Part shown: piece by piece, positions 1-8,219 of the stretch | Layout of the letters: the number at the start of each line of letters is the position of its first letter | Position numbering within the stretch: position 1 is the first letter of the stretch | Source of the DNA: a virus | Lineage: Duplodnaviria > Heunggongvirae > Uroviricota > Caudoviricetes | IMG/VR virus record: IMGVR_UViG_2582580934_000003 | Location: 1-17,065 of that record | DNA length: 17,065 nt | Reading direction: 5' to 3' (one strand) | Made by a program: the position numbers and the translations under genes | Notes under the pieces: generated by a model | Databases searched by the model: none | Told to the model about the DNA's origin: nothing | Seen by the model: the letters and a program-made list of their open reading frames with translations, nothing else

Positions 1-62
1 AAGTCCTCACTATATAAAGATATTCAGTGATGAGATAAATAATCAGTTTATTAATAACGATA

Positions 63-425
63 TTAATGACCTGCTGCGCGTAGTTTTCCGTCAGGCTCAC
101 CGGCAAGAGTCAGTAATTGTCCCTGGTCTTCCTGCAGAATAGTCAGGCGACCACCGCGATTGACATACATCGGCGTTTCGGTGGTGTCTTCTTCGGAAAT
201 TTTCCCGCGGTTAGTCGGGCGAACATATGAGAGTTTGTGTTTGATTTTCACACGGTTCTCATCAAATGGTTCGATTTCCAGGTTGAGTGAGACCTTACCT
301 TTGGTTTTCGTGTTCATCACACCGGAAGCGACTTCACTGAGAACTGCGCCGATTTTGGTTTCAAATACGCCGCCGTCCAGCTCCCCGATAAATGCCTGCA
401 CATCAGTACTGCGTTCGCTAGCCAT
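63..425 (-). CDS. Hypothetical prophage protein (120 aa), first gene of the leftward operon beyond the repressor; function unknown
   Basis: ORF 63..443 in track; start moved to ATG at 425 (MASERSTD...) because GAGGAG lies 7 nt upstream. Composition is protein-like. No family recognised by eye. Confidence 0.55.
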   Translation of the reverse strand: MASERSTDVQAFIGELDGGVFETKIGAVLSEVASGVMNTKTKGKVSLNLEIEPFDENRVKIKHKLSYVRPTNRGKISEEDTTETPMYVNRGGRLTILQEDQGQLLTLAGEPDGKLRAAGH

Positions 426-473
426 TTTGCTGCTCCTCATCATATCGACCCTGCAAGGTCGGTTGGTTTCTCC

Positions 474-561
474 ACAAAACAGAGAAGAACACCTGGGTGG
501 CAGCCGCCCGGATGGATTGGGTTATCAGCTCGTCGTCCGGTGATGCTCTTCTCTGTTTTGT
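474..561 (-). promoter_or_regulatory. Large stem-loop in the 5' leader of gene 63..425: perfect 15-bp inverted repeat (474-488 / 547-561) enclosing a 58-nt loop
   Basis: acaaaacagagaaga at 474-488 and its exact reverse complement tcttctctgttttgt at 547-561, read directly. Sits between an intrinsic terminator and the RBS of the downstream gene. Confidence 0.5.
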
Positions 562-607
562 AAAAAGAGCGGTACCAGCCGGAAGCAAGTGTACAAACTG
601 GTACCGC
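561..607 (-). terminator. Intrinsic terminator on the minus strand (10-bp stem GCGGUACCAG / CUGGUACCGC, then CUCUUUUUAC); candidate DicF-like sRNA 3' end
   Basis: Perfect inverted repeat 569-578 / 598-607 followed on the minus strand by a U-run (plus 561-566 aaaaa). The upstream UUUGGCGGUACCAGUUU resembles the DicF sRNA as recalled from memory; not verified. Confidence 0.5.
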
Positions 608-1052
608 CAAAGCAGTGGCTGTTGTGGTGACCGGTGCTGATCTCCGGCATGCGGTTATTTCAGACTCTCACGGGCATTTAATTGCCCCGCCGAACAGCTC
701 TTTTCTGCAATAGCTGCAATGTCTTTCGCGCATCAGCCTGCGCATTCACCACAACGCTGAGAGCACTTAGCCAGTTACGGCACCACACTTTGTCGCGGTT
801 CCATAAATGCCCTCATCGTTGCACCCTGGTCTCTTCCCAGGCGTCAAACCGAATCGCCACGCTGGTTAGGCGTCTTATCAGCATCATCATTGACTTGCAC
901 ATTCCGGCTACCTGGTTTGTTTGCCCGAGCAAGGAGTGGATTGTCCCCTTTAACGTCCCCAGACCGCTAACGACGCATGTGCCATACGCCGTGTTACAAC
1001 CAAATTTTGTTAGTACCTTGTTTGTTTGTCTGGAAAGAAAGATAAAATGAAA

Positions 1053-1091
1053 TTGCGCATTATGCAAGTGTTTTTATTGCGAGATATGCAA
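1053..1091. promoter_or_regulatory. Two operator-like 15-mers TTGC-N7-GCAA (1053-1067, 1077-1091), candidate OL
   Basis: ttgcgcattatgcaa and ttgcgagatatgcaa spaced 24 bp apart; the same TTGCG/CGCAA half-sites recur in the cI-cro intergenic region. Confidence 0.4.
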
Positions 1092-1100
1092 TTTAATGAG

Positions 1101-1126
1101 TAATGAAAAGCCACCTTCGGGTGGCT
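1101..1126 (-). terminator. Terminator hairpin downstream of cI (AGCCACC-UUCG-GGUGGCU)
   Basis: Perfect 7-bp stem with UUCG loop at 1109-1126, about 20 nt beyond the cI stop, followed on the minus strand by UUUCAUU. Confidence 0.55.
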
Positions 1127-1146
1127 AATTGATGAGGAGGTAAGGG

Positions 1147-1839
1147 TTAATTGTGTCGCTTAAGGGTTTGTGACTGGCTGATTAAGACCTTTCCAAAGAC
1201 CATAAACCGGTGTTCATTTTCGCTGGTAATTCCCCATTCACGGTAAATCTGGTTATCAGAAATCACCAGTAGTTTGTCAGGTATCATTTGCAGTCGTTTG
1301 ACATAAATTTTATCATCAAAACCAAATACATAGATACCATCTCCATCAAACTGATTGATACTGACATCAACGAAGATGAGATCTCCTGGCTCAATGGTTG
1401 GACACATACTGTCCCCACGAACGTTGATAACTTTAATGTGATTGGCTGGCCGTCCGCCAAACATCGATACAGCATTATCAGTTCTGTATTCAATGGCATG
1501 AATCACATCAATGACATCACCGCCCTGGATAAGGCCATTTCCCGCACTGGCACTGACATCCAGCATTTCAATACGGAATACATCCTTCACCTGCGCAACA
1601 TCCTCACTAATACTGTTTTTACATACAGTATTACTTTTGAAGTCTGAGGTAAAGAGATCAGCAATATCAACACCTAAGCTCCTGGCAATATTACTCAGGG
1701 CTTGTTCAGTGAATTGTTTCTGCTTACCTGTTTCCAGGCGTGAGATATTCGCCGCATCCACTCCTATTGCTTCAGCGAGATCGGCGATTTTCATGTTCTT
1801 CGCCTGGCGAAGTTGTCTGACTCGGTTTCCTATGTTCAT
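1147..1839 (-). CDS. cI: Lambda cI-type repressor (N-terminal HTH, C-terminal S24 LexA-like autopeptidase domain)
   Basis: 230 aa with HTH region (IADLAEAIGVDAANISRLETGK) and a C-terminal GDSM ... KR Ser/Lys dyad pattern typical of S24 peptidases. Divergent from a cro-like gene. No SD before the ATG, suggesting a leaderless or weak-SD start as with lambda pRM. Confidence 0.9.
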   Translation of the reverse strand: MNIGNRVRQLRQAKNMKIADLAEAIGVDAANISRLETGKQKQFTEQALSNIARSLGVDIADLFTSDFKSNTVCKNSISEDVAQVKDVFRIEMLDVSASAGNGLIQGGDVIDVIHAIEYRTDNAVSMFGGRPANHIKVINVRGDSMCPTIEPGDLIFVDVSINQFDGDGIYVFGFDDKIYVKRLQMIPDKLLVISDNQIYREWGITSENEHRFMVFGKVLISQSQTLKRHN

Positions 1840-1859
1840 GCGTTTATTACATTTCTTTA

Positions 1860-1922
1860 TTGCGCGTTAAGCAAATCAACTTGCGCAAAATATTTGCGTG
1901 AAATAATATGCTCATCACGCAA
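1860..1922. promoter_or_regulatory. oR-like operator/promoter region between cI and cro (TTGCG half-site repeats; candidate pR -35 TTGCGC 1881-1886 / -10 TAATAT 1904-1909)
   Basis: ttgcgcgttaagcaa (1860-1874), ttgcgcaaaa (1881-), and inverted pair ttgcgtga / tcacgcaa (1895-1902 / 1915-1922). GGAGG RBS at 1928-1932 before cro ATG at 1937. Confidence 0.5.
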
Positions 1923-1936
1923 TATGTGGAGGTTAT

Positions 1937-2197
1937 ATGCAATCACCATTACGGAATGTGCGTAAGGCGCACGGATTTACTTTGCAGCATGTTGCTGCTG
2001 GCGTTCAGGTCAATCCAGCGACGCTGAGTCGTATTGAAAGACTGGAACAAATTCCATCTATCGATCTTGCAGAACGTCTGGCCAATTTTTTTAAGGGTGA
2101 AATCAGCGAAATGCAGATTCTTTATCCGGCACGTTTTCAATCTAGCCAAAACCAGAATGGGTTTAAACCACAGGAACAGGAGGTAAGCCGTGGGTAA
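1937..2197 (+). CDS. Cro-like HTH (XRE-family) regulator
   Basis: 86 aa, HTH motif (FTLQHVAAGVQVNPATLSRIE), GGAGG RBS, divergent from cI. Confidence 0.8.
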   Translation: MQSPLRNVRKAHGFTLQHVAAGVQVNPATLSRIERLEQIPSIDLAERLANFFKGEISEMQILYPARFQSSQNQNGFKPQEQEVSRG

Positions 2198-2741
2198 TCA
2201 TCACTGGAAAGTGGAAAAACAGCCTGAGTGGTACGTGAAAGCTGTCAGAAAAACTATCGCGGCGTTGCCGGGGGGGTACGCTGAAGCTGCTGAGTGGCTG
2301 GATGTAACAGAGAACGCTTTATTCAACCGCCTTCGTGCAGATGGCGATCAGATTTTCCCGCTGGGATGGGCAATGATTTTACAGCGTGCTGCTGGCACTC
2401 ACTACATTGCGGATGCTGTCGCACAGTCTGCTGGTGGGGTGTTTGTATCACTTCCAGAAATTGAGGAAGTAGAGAACGCTGATATCAACCAACGTCTACT
2501 GGAAGTTATTGAACAGATCGGGAGTTACTCAAAGCAGATTCGTTCGGCAATCGAAGACGGGGTAGTGGAGCCACATGAGCAGACAGCAATTAATGATGAG
2601 TTGTATCTGTCGATTTCGAAGCTCCAGGAACATGCGGCACTGGTCTACAAAATTTTCTGCGTTCCAGAAAAGAGTGACGCCCGCGAGTGTGCAGCTCCGG
2701 GCGTCGTGGCGTTTTGTGTCTGTGGAGAAACTAACGCATGA
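2190..2741 (+). CDS. CII-like early regulatory protein (candidate phage CII/CP76 or YdaT-like family)
   Basis: 183 aa, GTG start with AGGAGG 6 nt upstream, overlaps the cro stop by 8 nt. Position after cro matches cII. Family assignment is from memory, not from a search. Confidence 0.65.
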   Translation: MGNHHWKVEKQPEWYVKAVRKTIAALPGGYAEAAEWLDVTENALFNRLRADGDQIFPLGWAMILQRAAGTHYIADAVAQSAGGVFVSLPEIEEVENADINQRLLEVIEQIGSYSKQIRSAIEDGVVEPHEQTAINDELYLSISKLQEHAALVYKIFCVPEKSDARECAAPGVVAFCVCGETNA

Positions 2742-3076
2742 ACAGTTTAACAACACACTACCGTCGTTCGCAACTGATTGCGCTTCCTGTACCGGGTGGA
2801 AAAGCGAAGGTGGAGTATTGCTATGCAGTGAATGTACCAGGTGATAGGGAAATTGTAACCCACAGCTTTGCAGAGTGGGCTGTGGGTGATTTCAACCGGC
2901 AGAAGGAGACAGTCCTTTGCGACAAGTTAACCGCTGGTTCAAAGATCACTACGGAGTGCCCGTCAGAGTCATTCGTTGGGAGCCGGAAACACAACGGGTT
3001 ATCTACCTCCGTGAAGGCTATGAACATGAATGCTTCAGTCCGCTCGAACAGTTTCGTCGTAAATTCAGGGAAATAG
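2738..3076 (+). CDS. Hypothetical ORF, start coupled to the cII-like stop (ATGA); C-terminal half is low-complexity and may be out of frame
   Basis: ATG at 2738 overlaps TGA of the upstream gene. The first ~60 aa look protein-like; the remainder is S/T/N-rich and overlaps ORF 2917..3129 in another frame. Confidence 0.3.
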   Translation: MNSLTTHYRRSQLIALPVPGGKAKVEYCYAVNVPGDREIVTHSFAEWAVGDFNRQKETVLCDKLTAGSKITTECPSESFVGSRKHNGLSTSVKAMNMNASVRSNSFVVNSGK

Positions 3077-3129
3077 AGGTCGGTCATGAGCCTGTTAATG
3101 ACATCCCAGCCCATTGTGATAAATCGTGA
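2917..3129 (+). CDS. Small phage protein (70 aa), TTG start
   Basis: Strong SD GAAGGAGA at 2902-2909, 7 nt before TTG at 2917. Sequence is globular-looking ([24 protein letters not shown]...). Overlaps the replication gene start by 44 nt. Confidence 0.45.
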   Translation: MRQVNRWFKDHYGVPVRVIRWEPETQRVIYLREGYEHECFSPLEQFRRKFREIEVGHEPVNDIPAHCDKS

Positions 3130-4078
3130 TCTTGCATGCCGTATTGGTCTGAATGAGGCAATTGTGTTGCAGCAGCTTCATTACTGGCTGAATGAAACGA
3201 ATTCAGGCACTGAGCATGGCGGAATTCGCTGGGTTTATAACACGACAGAACAGTGGCTGGAGCAGTTTCCGTTCTGGTCAGAGTCCACTCTGAAACGCAC
3301 ATTTGCAAGCCTGAAATCACTTGGGGTTTTGCGTCGCGAGCAACTCAATAAATCGAAGCGTGACATGACCAACTTCTACACGATCAACTATGAAAGTGAG
3401 CTTTTAGAAGAGGTCAAAGTGAACGAATCCATCAGGTCAAAATGCACTTCTCCATCGGGTCAAAGTGACCTGATGGATGAGCGCAAAATGACACGATCCA
3501 TTGGTTCAAAACGACACGCTGTCATCGGGTCAAAATGGCCCAATGATCTTACAGAGAATACAACAGAGATTACTACAGAGAATAAAACCTCTTCTCGTCC
3601 GGACGCTTCGCAACCGGACACGCAGATGGCTGAACAGGATTTTTTAACTCGCCATCCTGATGCGGTTGTATTCAGCCCTAAAAAGCGCCAGTGGGGAACG
3701 CAGGATGATTTGACCTGCGCACAGTGGCTCTGGAAAAAAATCATCGCTCTGTACGAGCAGGCCGCCGAATGTGACGGCGAAGTGGTACGTCCTAAAGAAC
3801 CGAACTGGACAGCCTGGGCAAACGAAATTCGCCTGATGTGTGTACAGGATGGGCGTACTCACAAACAAATCTGCGAGATGTACAGCCGCGTCAGCCGCGA
3901 TCCGTTCTGGTGCCGTAACGTGCTCAGCCCGTCGAAGCTGCGGGAAAAATGGGATGAGCTTTCCCTGCGCTTATCGCCGTCCGTCAGCACGTACACAGAA
4001 AAACGCGAAGATCCGTACTTCAAAGCCAGTTACGACAACGTGGACTACAGCCAGATCCCGGCAGGATTCAGGGGGTGA
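3086..4078 (+). CDS. Phage replication initiation protein (lambda O-like replisome organiser) with internal origin
   Basis: 330 aa; N-terminal region typical of phage replication initiators, and the central coding region carries iterons as in lambda O/ori. Confidence 0.8.
   Translation: MSLLMTSQPIVINRDLACRIGLNEAIVLQQLHYWLNETNSGTEHGGIRWVYNTTEQWLEQFPFWSESTLKRTFASLKSLGVLRREQLNKSKRDMTNFYTINYESELLEEVKVNESIRSKCTSPSGQSDLMDERKMTRSIGSKRHAVIGSKWPNDLTENTTEITTENKTSSRPDASQPDTQMAEQDFLTRHPDAVVFSPKKRQWGTQDDLTCAQWLWKKIIALYEQAAECDGEVVRPKEPNWTAWANEIRLMCVQDGRTHKQICEMYSRVSRDPFWCRNVLSPSKLREKWDELSLRLSPSVSTYTEKREDPYFKASYDNVDYSQIPAGFRG
3431..3583. repeat. Candidate replication origin: five ~14-bp iterons at ~23-bp spacing (3431, 3454, 3477, 3500, 3524) followed by an A-rich region with three ACAGAGA(A/T)T repeats (3551-3583)
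   Basis: atcaggtcaaaatg, atcgggtcaaagtg, atgagcgcaaaatg (degenerate), attggttcaaaacg, atcgggtcaaaatg, then acagagaat / acagagat / acagagaat at 12-bp period. Confidence 0.7.
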
Positions 4079-4080
4079 TC

Positions 4081-4173
4081 ATGAGTCTTTTGAATGAAGT
4101 TCAGAAATTCATTGAAGCCCATCCGGGGTGTACTTCCGGAGACATTGCGGATGCTTTTTACGTGGGGGCTTAA
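4081..4173 (+). CDS. Small ORF (30 aa, MSLLNEVQKFIEAHPGCTSGDIADAFYVGA), coupled to both neighbours; possibly a gene remnant
   Basis: ATG 2 nt after the replication gene stop; its TAA overlaps the methyltransferase ATG (TAATG). Below the ORF-track size cutoff. Confidence 0.3.
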   Translation: MSLLNEVQKFIEAHPGCTSGDIADAFYVGA

Positions 4174-4826
4174 TGAGTAATAAATATTGTCAGGCGCTGG
4201 TGGAGCTGCGGAACAAACCATCCCATGAACTGAAGGAGGTGGGCGATCAGTGGCGCACGCCGGACAGCATTTTCTGGGGAATTAACACCTTGTTTGGCCC
4301 GTTTGTTCTGGATCTGTTCACTGACGGTGATAACGCCAAATGTGCCGCGTATTACACGGCGGAAGACAACGCGCTGGCGCATGACTGGTCAGAACGCCTT
4401 GCGGAGCTTAAAGGTGCTGCCTTTGGCAATCCCCCATACAGTCGCGCCAGTCAGCATGAGGGGCAATACATCACCGGCATGCGTTACATCATGAAACATG
4501 CCAGTGCCATGCGTGATAAGGGCGGGCGCTATGTTTTCCTGATCAAAGCTGCCACCAGCGAAGTGTGGTGGCCGGAAGATGCGGACCATATTGCTTTTAT
4601 TCGCGGGCGTATTGGTTTTGAACTGCCTGCCTGGTTTATCCCGAAAGATGAGAAGCAGGTGCCGACAGGCGCTTTCTTCGCTGGTGCTATTGCTGTTTTT
4701 GACAAGACCTGGAAGGGACCGGCAATCAGCTACATCGGGCGCGATGAACTTGAGGCATGTGGTGAGGCCTTTCTGGCGCAGGTTCGCCAGCAGGCAGAAA
4801 AACTGGTCAGGGAGATGGTGGCATGA
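4173..4826 (+). CDS. Phage Dam-type DNA N6-adenine methyltransferase
   Basis: NPPY motif (AAFGNPPYS); size and position in the nin-like region are typical of lambdoid prophage Dam. Start taken at ATG 4173 (MSNKYCQ) rather than the track start 4128. Confidence 0.8.
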   Translation: MSNKYCQALVELRNKPSHELKEVGDQWRTPDSIFWGINTLFGPFVLDLFTDGDNAKCAAYYTAEDNALAHDWSERLAELKGAAFGNPPYSRASQHEGQYITGMRYIMKHASAMRDKGGRYVFLIKAATSEVWWPEDADHIAFIRGRIGFELPAWFIPKDEKQVPTGAFFAGAIAVFDKTWKGPAISYIGRDELEACGEAFLAQVRQQAEKLVREMVA

Positions 4827-5212
4827 AGCTGATCCTGCCTTTTCCGCCCAGCGTGAACACGTACTGGCGACACCCCAACAAAGGGGCGTTTGCTGGTAAG
4901 AGCCTGATAAGCGCGGCGGGGCGCAAATTCCAGAGCGCGGCGTGTGCAGCAATAGTTGAGCAGTTACGTCGTCTGCCAAAACCAACGTCGGCACCTGCTT
5001 CAGTGGAGATTGTGTTGTTTCCTCCGGATAACCGGATCCGCGATCTGGACAACTATAACAAGGCGCTGTTTGACGCCCTGACCCACGCGGGTGTGTGGGA
5101 AGACGACAGTCAGGTGAAAAGAATGCTGGTGGAGTGGGGACCGGTTATCCCGGAAGGGAAGGTCGAGATCACTATCAGTAAGTACGAGAAAACGGCGGGT
5201 GCAGCCGCCTGA
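4823..5212 (+). CDS. rusA: RusA Holliday junction resolvase
   Basis: 129 aa with the conserved DLDN...K...DALT..AG.W.DD pattern of RusA; ATGA overlap with the methyltransferase stop. Confidence 0.85.
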   Translation: MKLILPFPPSVNTYWRHPNKGAFAGKSLISAAGRKFQSAACAAIVEQLRRLPKPTSAPASVEIVLFPPDNRIRDLDNYNKALFDALTHAGVWEDDSQVKRMLVEWGPVIPEGKVEITISKYEKTAGAAA

Positions 5213-5231
5213 TCAAGAGGAGAAACGAAGT

Positions 5232-6041
5232 ATGAATAATCTGATGGTCATTGATGGTATTGAAGTTCGTCGTGATGCTTATGGGCGTTACAGCCTGAAC
5301 GATCTGCATCGCGCAGCAGTAGCATCTGGTGCAAATGCCAGAACCAAGGAGCCAGGAAAGTTTCTTTCCAGCCAACAAACTGTTGAACTTGTTCATGAAT
5401 TGACCAACACCCAGAATTTGGGTGTTGACCCGGTGAGTGTGATTCATGGGGGAAATGAACGGGGAACGTATGTCTGCAAAGAACTGGTGTATGCCTATGC
5501 AATGTGGATCAGCCCGTCATTCCATCTGAAGGTGATCCGTACTTTCGACATGGTAACCAGCGCACCGGAAAAATTATCCGGACAGGCTGCTGACAAGATG
5601 CAGGCTGGTGTGATTCTGCTGGACTTTATGCGCCGGGAATTAAACCTGTCTAACTCTTCAGTGCTTGGTGCCTGCCAGAAACTCCAGGAGGCTGTTGGCT
5701 TACCGAATCTGGCACCGCGCTATGCCATTGATGCTCCTGCTGATGCACACGATGGCTCAAGTCGCCCCACGCTGTCGCTGAGTGCACTGCTGAGGCAGTA
5801 TGGTATCCGCCTGACGGCTAATCAGGCATATCACCAGATGGTGACGCTGGGGATCGTTGAACAACGCGAACGATACAGCCGTACCGCGATTAACAACATC
5901 AAAAAATTCTGGTCGCTGACGGCGAAAGGCTGCATGTTCGGCAAGAACATCACCAGTCCTGCAAATCCGCGCGAGACGCAGCCGCATTTCTTCGAATCCC
6001 GATTCCCTGAGCTGTTAAAGCTGCTCGATACCGTTCATTGA
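5232..6041 (+). CDS. KilA-N domain protein (Roi/antirepressor-like)
   Basis: N-terminal KilA-N-like region (MNNLMVIDGIEVRRDAYGRYSLNDLHRA...). Start at ATG 5232 with RBS AAGAGGAGA. Confidence 0.75.
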   Translation: MNNLMVIDGIEVRRDAYGRYSLNDLHRAAVASGANARTKEPGKFLSSQQTVELVHELTNTQNLGVDPVSVIHGGNERGTYVCKELVYAYAMWISPSFHLKVIRTFDMVTSAPEKLSGQAADKMQAGVILLDFMRRELNLSNSSVLGACQKLQEAVGLPNLAPRYAIDAPADAHDGSSRPTLSLSALLRQYGIRLTANQAYHQMVTLGIVEQRERYSRTAINNIKKFWSLTAKGCMFGKNITSPANPRETQPHFFESRFPELLKLLDTVH

Positions 6042-6042
6042 G

Positions 6043-7038
6043 GTGACCGTGAGAGCACTACTGACCCCTGAAATTGCCCCGCGTATGGGGATTGTATTGT
6101 TCAGGCCAGGTTCAGAGCTGATGCCCCTGTTTATGCAGGGGCGTGTCCTGCTGGAGCCTGAGCCGGAACGTTATTCATCTTTCGCCAGTGGTGCCGTTCC
6201 GGCGGCATCACAACCGCTGGCGGATGATCCTGCCGTTCGGGCCGTGTTCCGCAATGAGGCAGTGATCCGTCGTGCTGGTGGCGTGGAATGTCTTGAAAGC
6301 TGGTTACTTCGTGAAAAGGGCTGTCAGTGGCCTCATTCCGACTGGCACAGCGAGAACATGACCACAATGCGGCACGCTCCGGGAGCAATTCGTCTGTGCT
6401 GGCACTGCGATAACCAGCTGCGTGACCAGTTCACGGAACGGCTGGAATCAATGGCAACGGATAACTGTGCCCGCTGGGTGTTGTCTGTCGTGCGTCGGGA
6501 TCTCGGTTTTGATGACAGTCACGTTGTGACAATGCCGGAACTGTGCTGGTGGCTGGTTCGTAATGATTTGGCGGATGCCTTACCGGAAAGTGCAGCCCGT
6601 AAGGCACTGAGATTACCGAAGCCTGTTGTGCCATCTGTCACCCGGGAAAGTGACCTTGTGCCTTCGGTTCCTGCCACCAGCATCATCCAGGATAAAGCGA
6701 AAAAGGTGCTGGCGCTGAAAGTGGATCCGGAGTCGCCGGAGTCTTTTATGTTACGCCCCAAACGTCGCCGCTGGGTTAATGAAAAGTACACGCGCTGGGT
6801 TAAGACGCAGCCGTGCGCATGTTGTGGAAAGCCAGCTGATGATTCCCACCACCTGATAGGCCACGGTCAGGGTGGAATGGGTACAAAAGCGCATGATCTC
6901 TTTGTGTTGCCTTTGTGCAGAAAGCATCACGACGAGCTGCATGCGGATACCGTGACATTTGAAGAGAAGTATGGCTCCCAACTGGAGCTGATATTTCGTT
7001 TTATCGATCGTGCGCTGGCAATTGGCGTACTGGCGTAA
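6043..7038 (+). CDS. DUF968 (YdfU-like) protein with C-terminal HNH-type Cys/His motif
   Basis: 331 aa; C-terminus CACCGKPADDSHHLIGHG...LPLCRKHHDELH. Start is ambiguous between GTG 6043 and GTG 6049. Confidence 0.75.
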   Translation: MTVRALLTPEIAPRMGIVLFRPGSELMPLFMQGRVLLEPEPERYSSFASGAVPAASQPLADDPAVRAVFRNEAVIRRAGGVECLESWLLREKGCQWPHSDWHSENMTTMRHAPGAIRLCWHCDNQLRDQFTERLESMATDNCARWVLSVVRRDLGFDDSHVVTMPELCWWLVRNDLADALPESAARKALRLPKPVVPSVTRESDLVPSVPATSIIQDKAKKVLALKVDPESPESFMLRPKRRRWVNEKYTRWVKTQPCACCGKPADDSHHLIGHGQGGMGTKAHDLFVLPLCRKHHDELHADTVTFEEKYGSQLELIFRFIDRALAIGVLA

Positions 7039-7051
7039 GTGGAGAACGAGC

Positions 7052-7804
7052 ATGAACCTTGAAGCCTTACCAAAATATTACTCCCCAAAATCTCCAAAAT
7101 TGAGTGATGCCGCACCGGCGACAGGCTCAGGTGGTTTAACGATTACGGATGTGATGGCTGCGCAGGGGATGGTGCAGTCGAAAGCACCGCTTGGGTTTGC
7201 CTTATTCCTGGCAAAAGCTGGCGTTCAGGATCCTCAGTTTGCGATTGAAGGTCTGCTCAATTACGCGATGGCACTGGATAACCCGACATTGAACAAATTG
7301 AGTGAAGAAATCCGGTTACAGATCATCCCTTACCTTGTGAGTTTTGCCTTTGCTGATTATTCCAGGTCTGCGGCAAGTAAGGCTCGCTGTGAGCCTTGTG
7401 CTGGTACTGGATTTCATAATGTATTGCGCGAAGTGGTGAAATACTCCAGAAGCGGGGAGTCTGTTATCAAGGAAGAGTGGGTGAAGGAACTATGTCAGCA
7501 TTGTCATGGTAAGGGAGAAGTCAGCACAGCGTGCAGAGGGTGTAAGGGTAAAGGTATTGTCCTGGATGAAAAAAGGACCCGGCTTCATGGCGCGCCTGTT
7601 TATAAGATTTGTGGGCGTTGCAATGGAAACCGGTTTAGTCGTTTACCAACGACACTGGCGCGGTGTCATGTCCAGAAGCTGGTACCAGACCTGACTGATT
7701 ATCAGTGGTACAAAGGATATGCAGATGTCATTGATAAACTGGTTACAAAGTGCTGGCAGGAAGAAGCATATGCTGAGGTGCAATTAAGAAAAGTGACGAG
7801 ATAA
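7052..7804 (+). CDS. quuQ: Late-gene antiterminator Q (Q82/QuuQ-type, multiple CxxC zinc motifs)
   Basis: Start at ATG 7052 (RBS GGAGAA); several CxxC pairs; immediately upstream of a strong promoter and terminator (pR'/tR' arrangement). Confidence 0.85.
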   Translation: MNLEALPKYYSPKSPKLSDAAPATGSGGLTITDVMAAQGMVQSKAPLGFALFLAKAGVQDPQFAIEGLLNYAMALDNPTLNKLSEEIRLQIIPYLVSFAFADYSRSAASKARCEPCAGTGFHNVLREVVKYSRSGESVIKEEWVKELCQHCHGKGEVSTACRGCKGKGIVLDEKRTRLHGAPVYKICGRCNGNRFSRLPTTLARCHVQKLVPDLTDYQWYKGYADVIDKLVTKCWQEEAYAEVQLRKVTR

Positions 7805-7835
7805 ATGATTTTCGCCGAAGATGGCGACGTAATGC

Positions 7836-7864
7836 TTGCATTTTTCAAAAAATATGGATAAAAT
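7836..7864 (+). promoter_or_regulatory. Candidate late promoter pR' (-35 TTGCAT 7836-7841, 17-bp spacer, -10 TAAAAT 7859-7864)
   Basis: Near-consensus sigma70 hexamers read directly; position just downstream of Q and ~50 nt upstream of an intrinsic terminator. Confidence 0.6.
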
Positions 7865-7913
7865 TTTTTCAACGATGGGCTTTATATACCCGACGTTAAG
7901 AAAAAGTAGAAAA

Positions 7914-7935
7914 CCCGCTGATGAGCGGGTTTTTG
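7914..7935 (+). terminator. Intrinsic terminator tR' (CCCGCT-GATG-AGCGGG + UUUUU)
   Basis: Perfect 6-bp GC-rich stem with a T5 run at 7930-7934. Confidence 0.7.
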
Positions 7936-8219
7936 TGCTTTAGATAGGGTAATAGAGATGTTGAATCTCATTCCGGGATTCATGTTTATTTACTTATTAT
8001 TTATCGGGTGACTTTGCCTGATGTTTAAAATGTTTTCTTCCAGTACTATGTCCCTAGATACAATGAGTCTGCATATTACATTATTAGCAGAGCTATTACG
8101 GTCAAAGTACAGCATAAGCTTTTAAAGCCAATCAACCAGTCATCAAGACAGACGGGGTTATTCATGAAAACTCTCCATGTTTGATTCGATGGGGCCTGAA
8201 ATTAAAGCTTTAATATAGC

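Noticed and set aside
160-543. Plus-strand ORF (127 aa) overlapping gene 63..425
   Set aside because: Antisense to a better-supported gene with a strong RBS; S/L/R-rich composition typical of a shadow ORF.
813-1067. Minus-strand 84-aa ORF in the position where an N-like antiterminator might be expected
   Set aside because: Its ATG lies inside the operator-like repeat, it has no RBS, and its composition is not protein-like. The overlapping plus-strand ORF 682..1050 is similarly unconvincing. No arginine-rich N-like protein was found in any frame.
1288-1870. Plus-strand ORFs 1288..1647 and 1511..1870, and minus-strand ORF 1284..1499
   Set aside because: All overlap the well-supported cI repressor gene, antisense or out of frame.
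2917-3076. Programmed ribosomal frameshift joining ORF 2738 with ORF 2917
   Set aside because: No slippery heptamer or downstream structure at the frame junction; a mutational frameshift or two separate genes is more likely.
4389-4994. Minus-strand 201-aa ORF
   Set aside because: Antisense to the Dam methyltransferase and RusA genes; R/S/L/P-rich shadow ORF.
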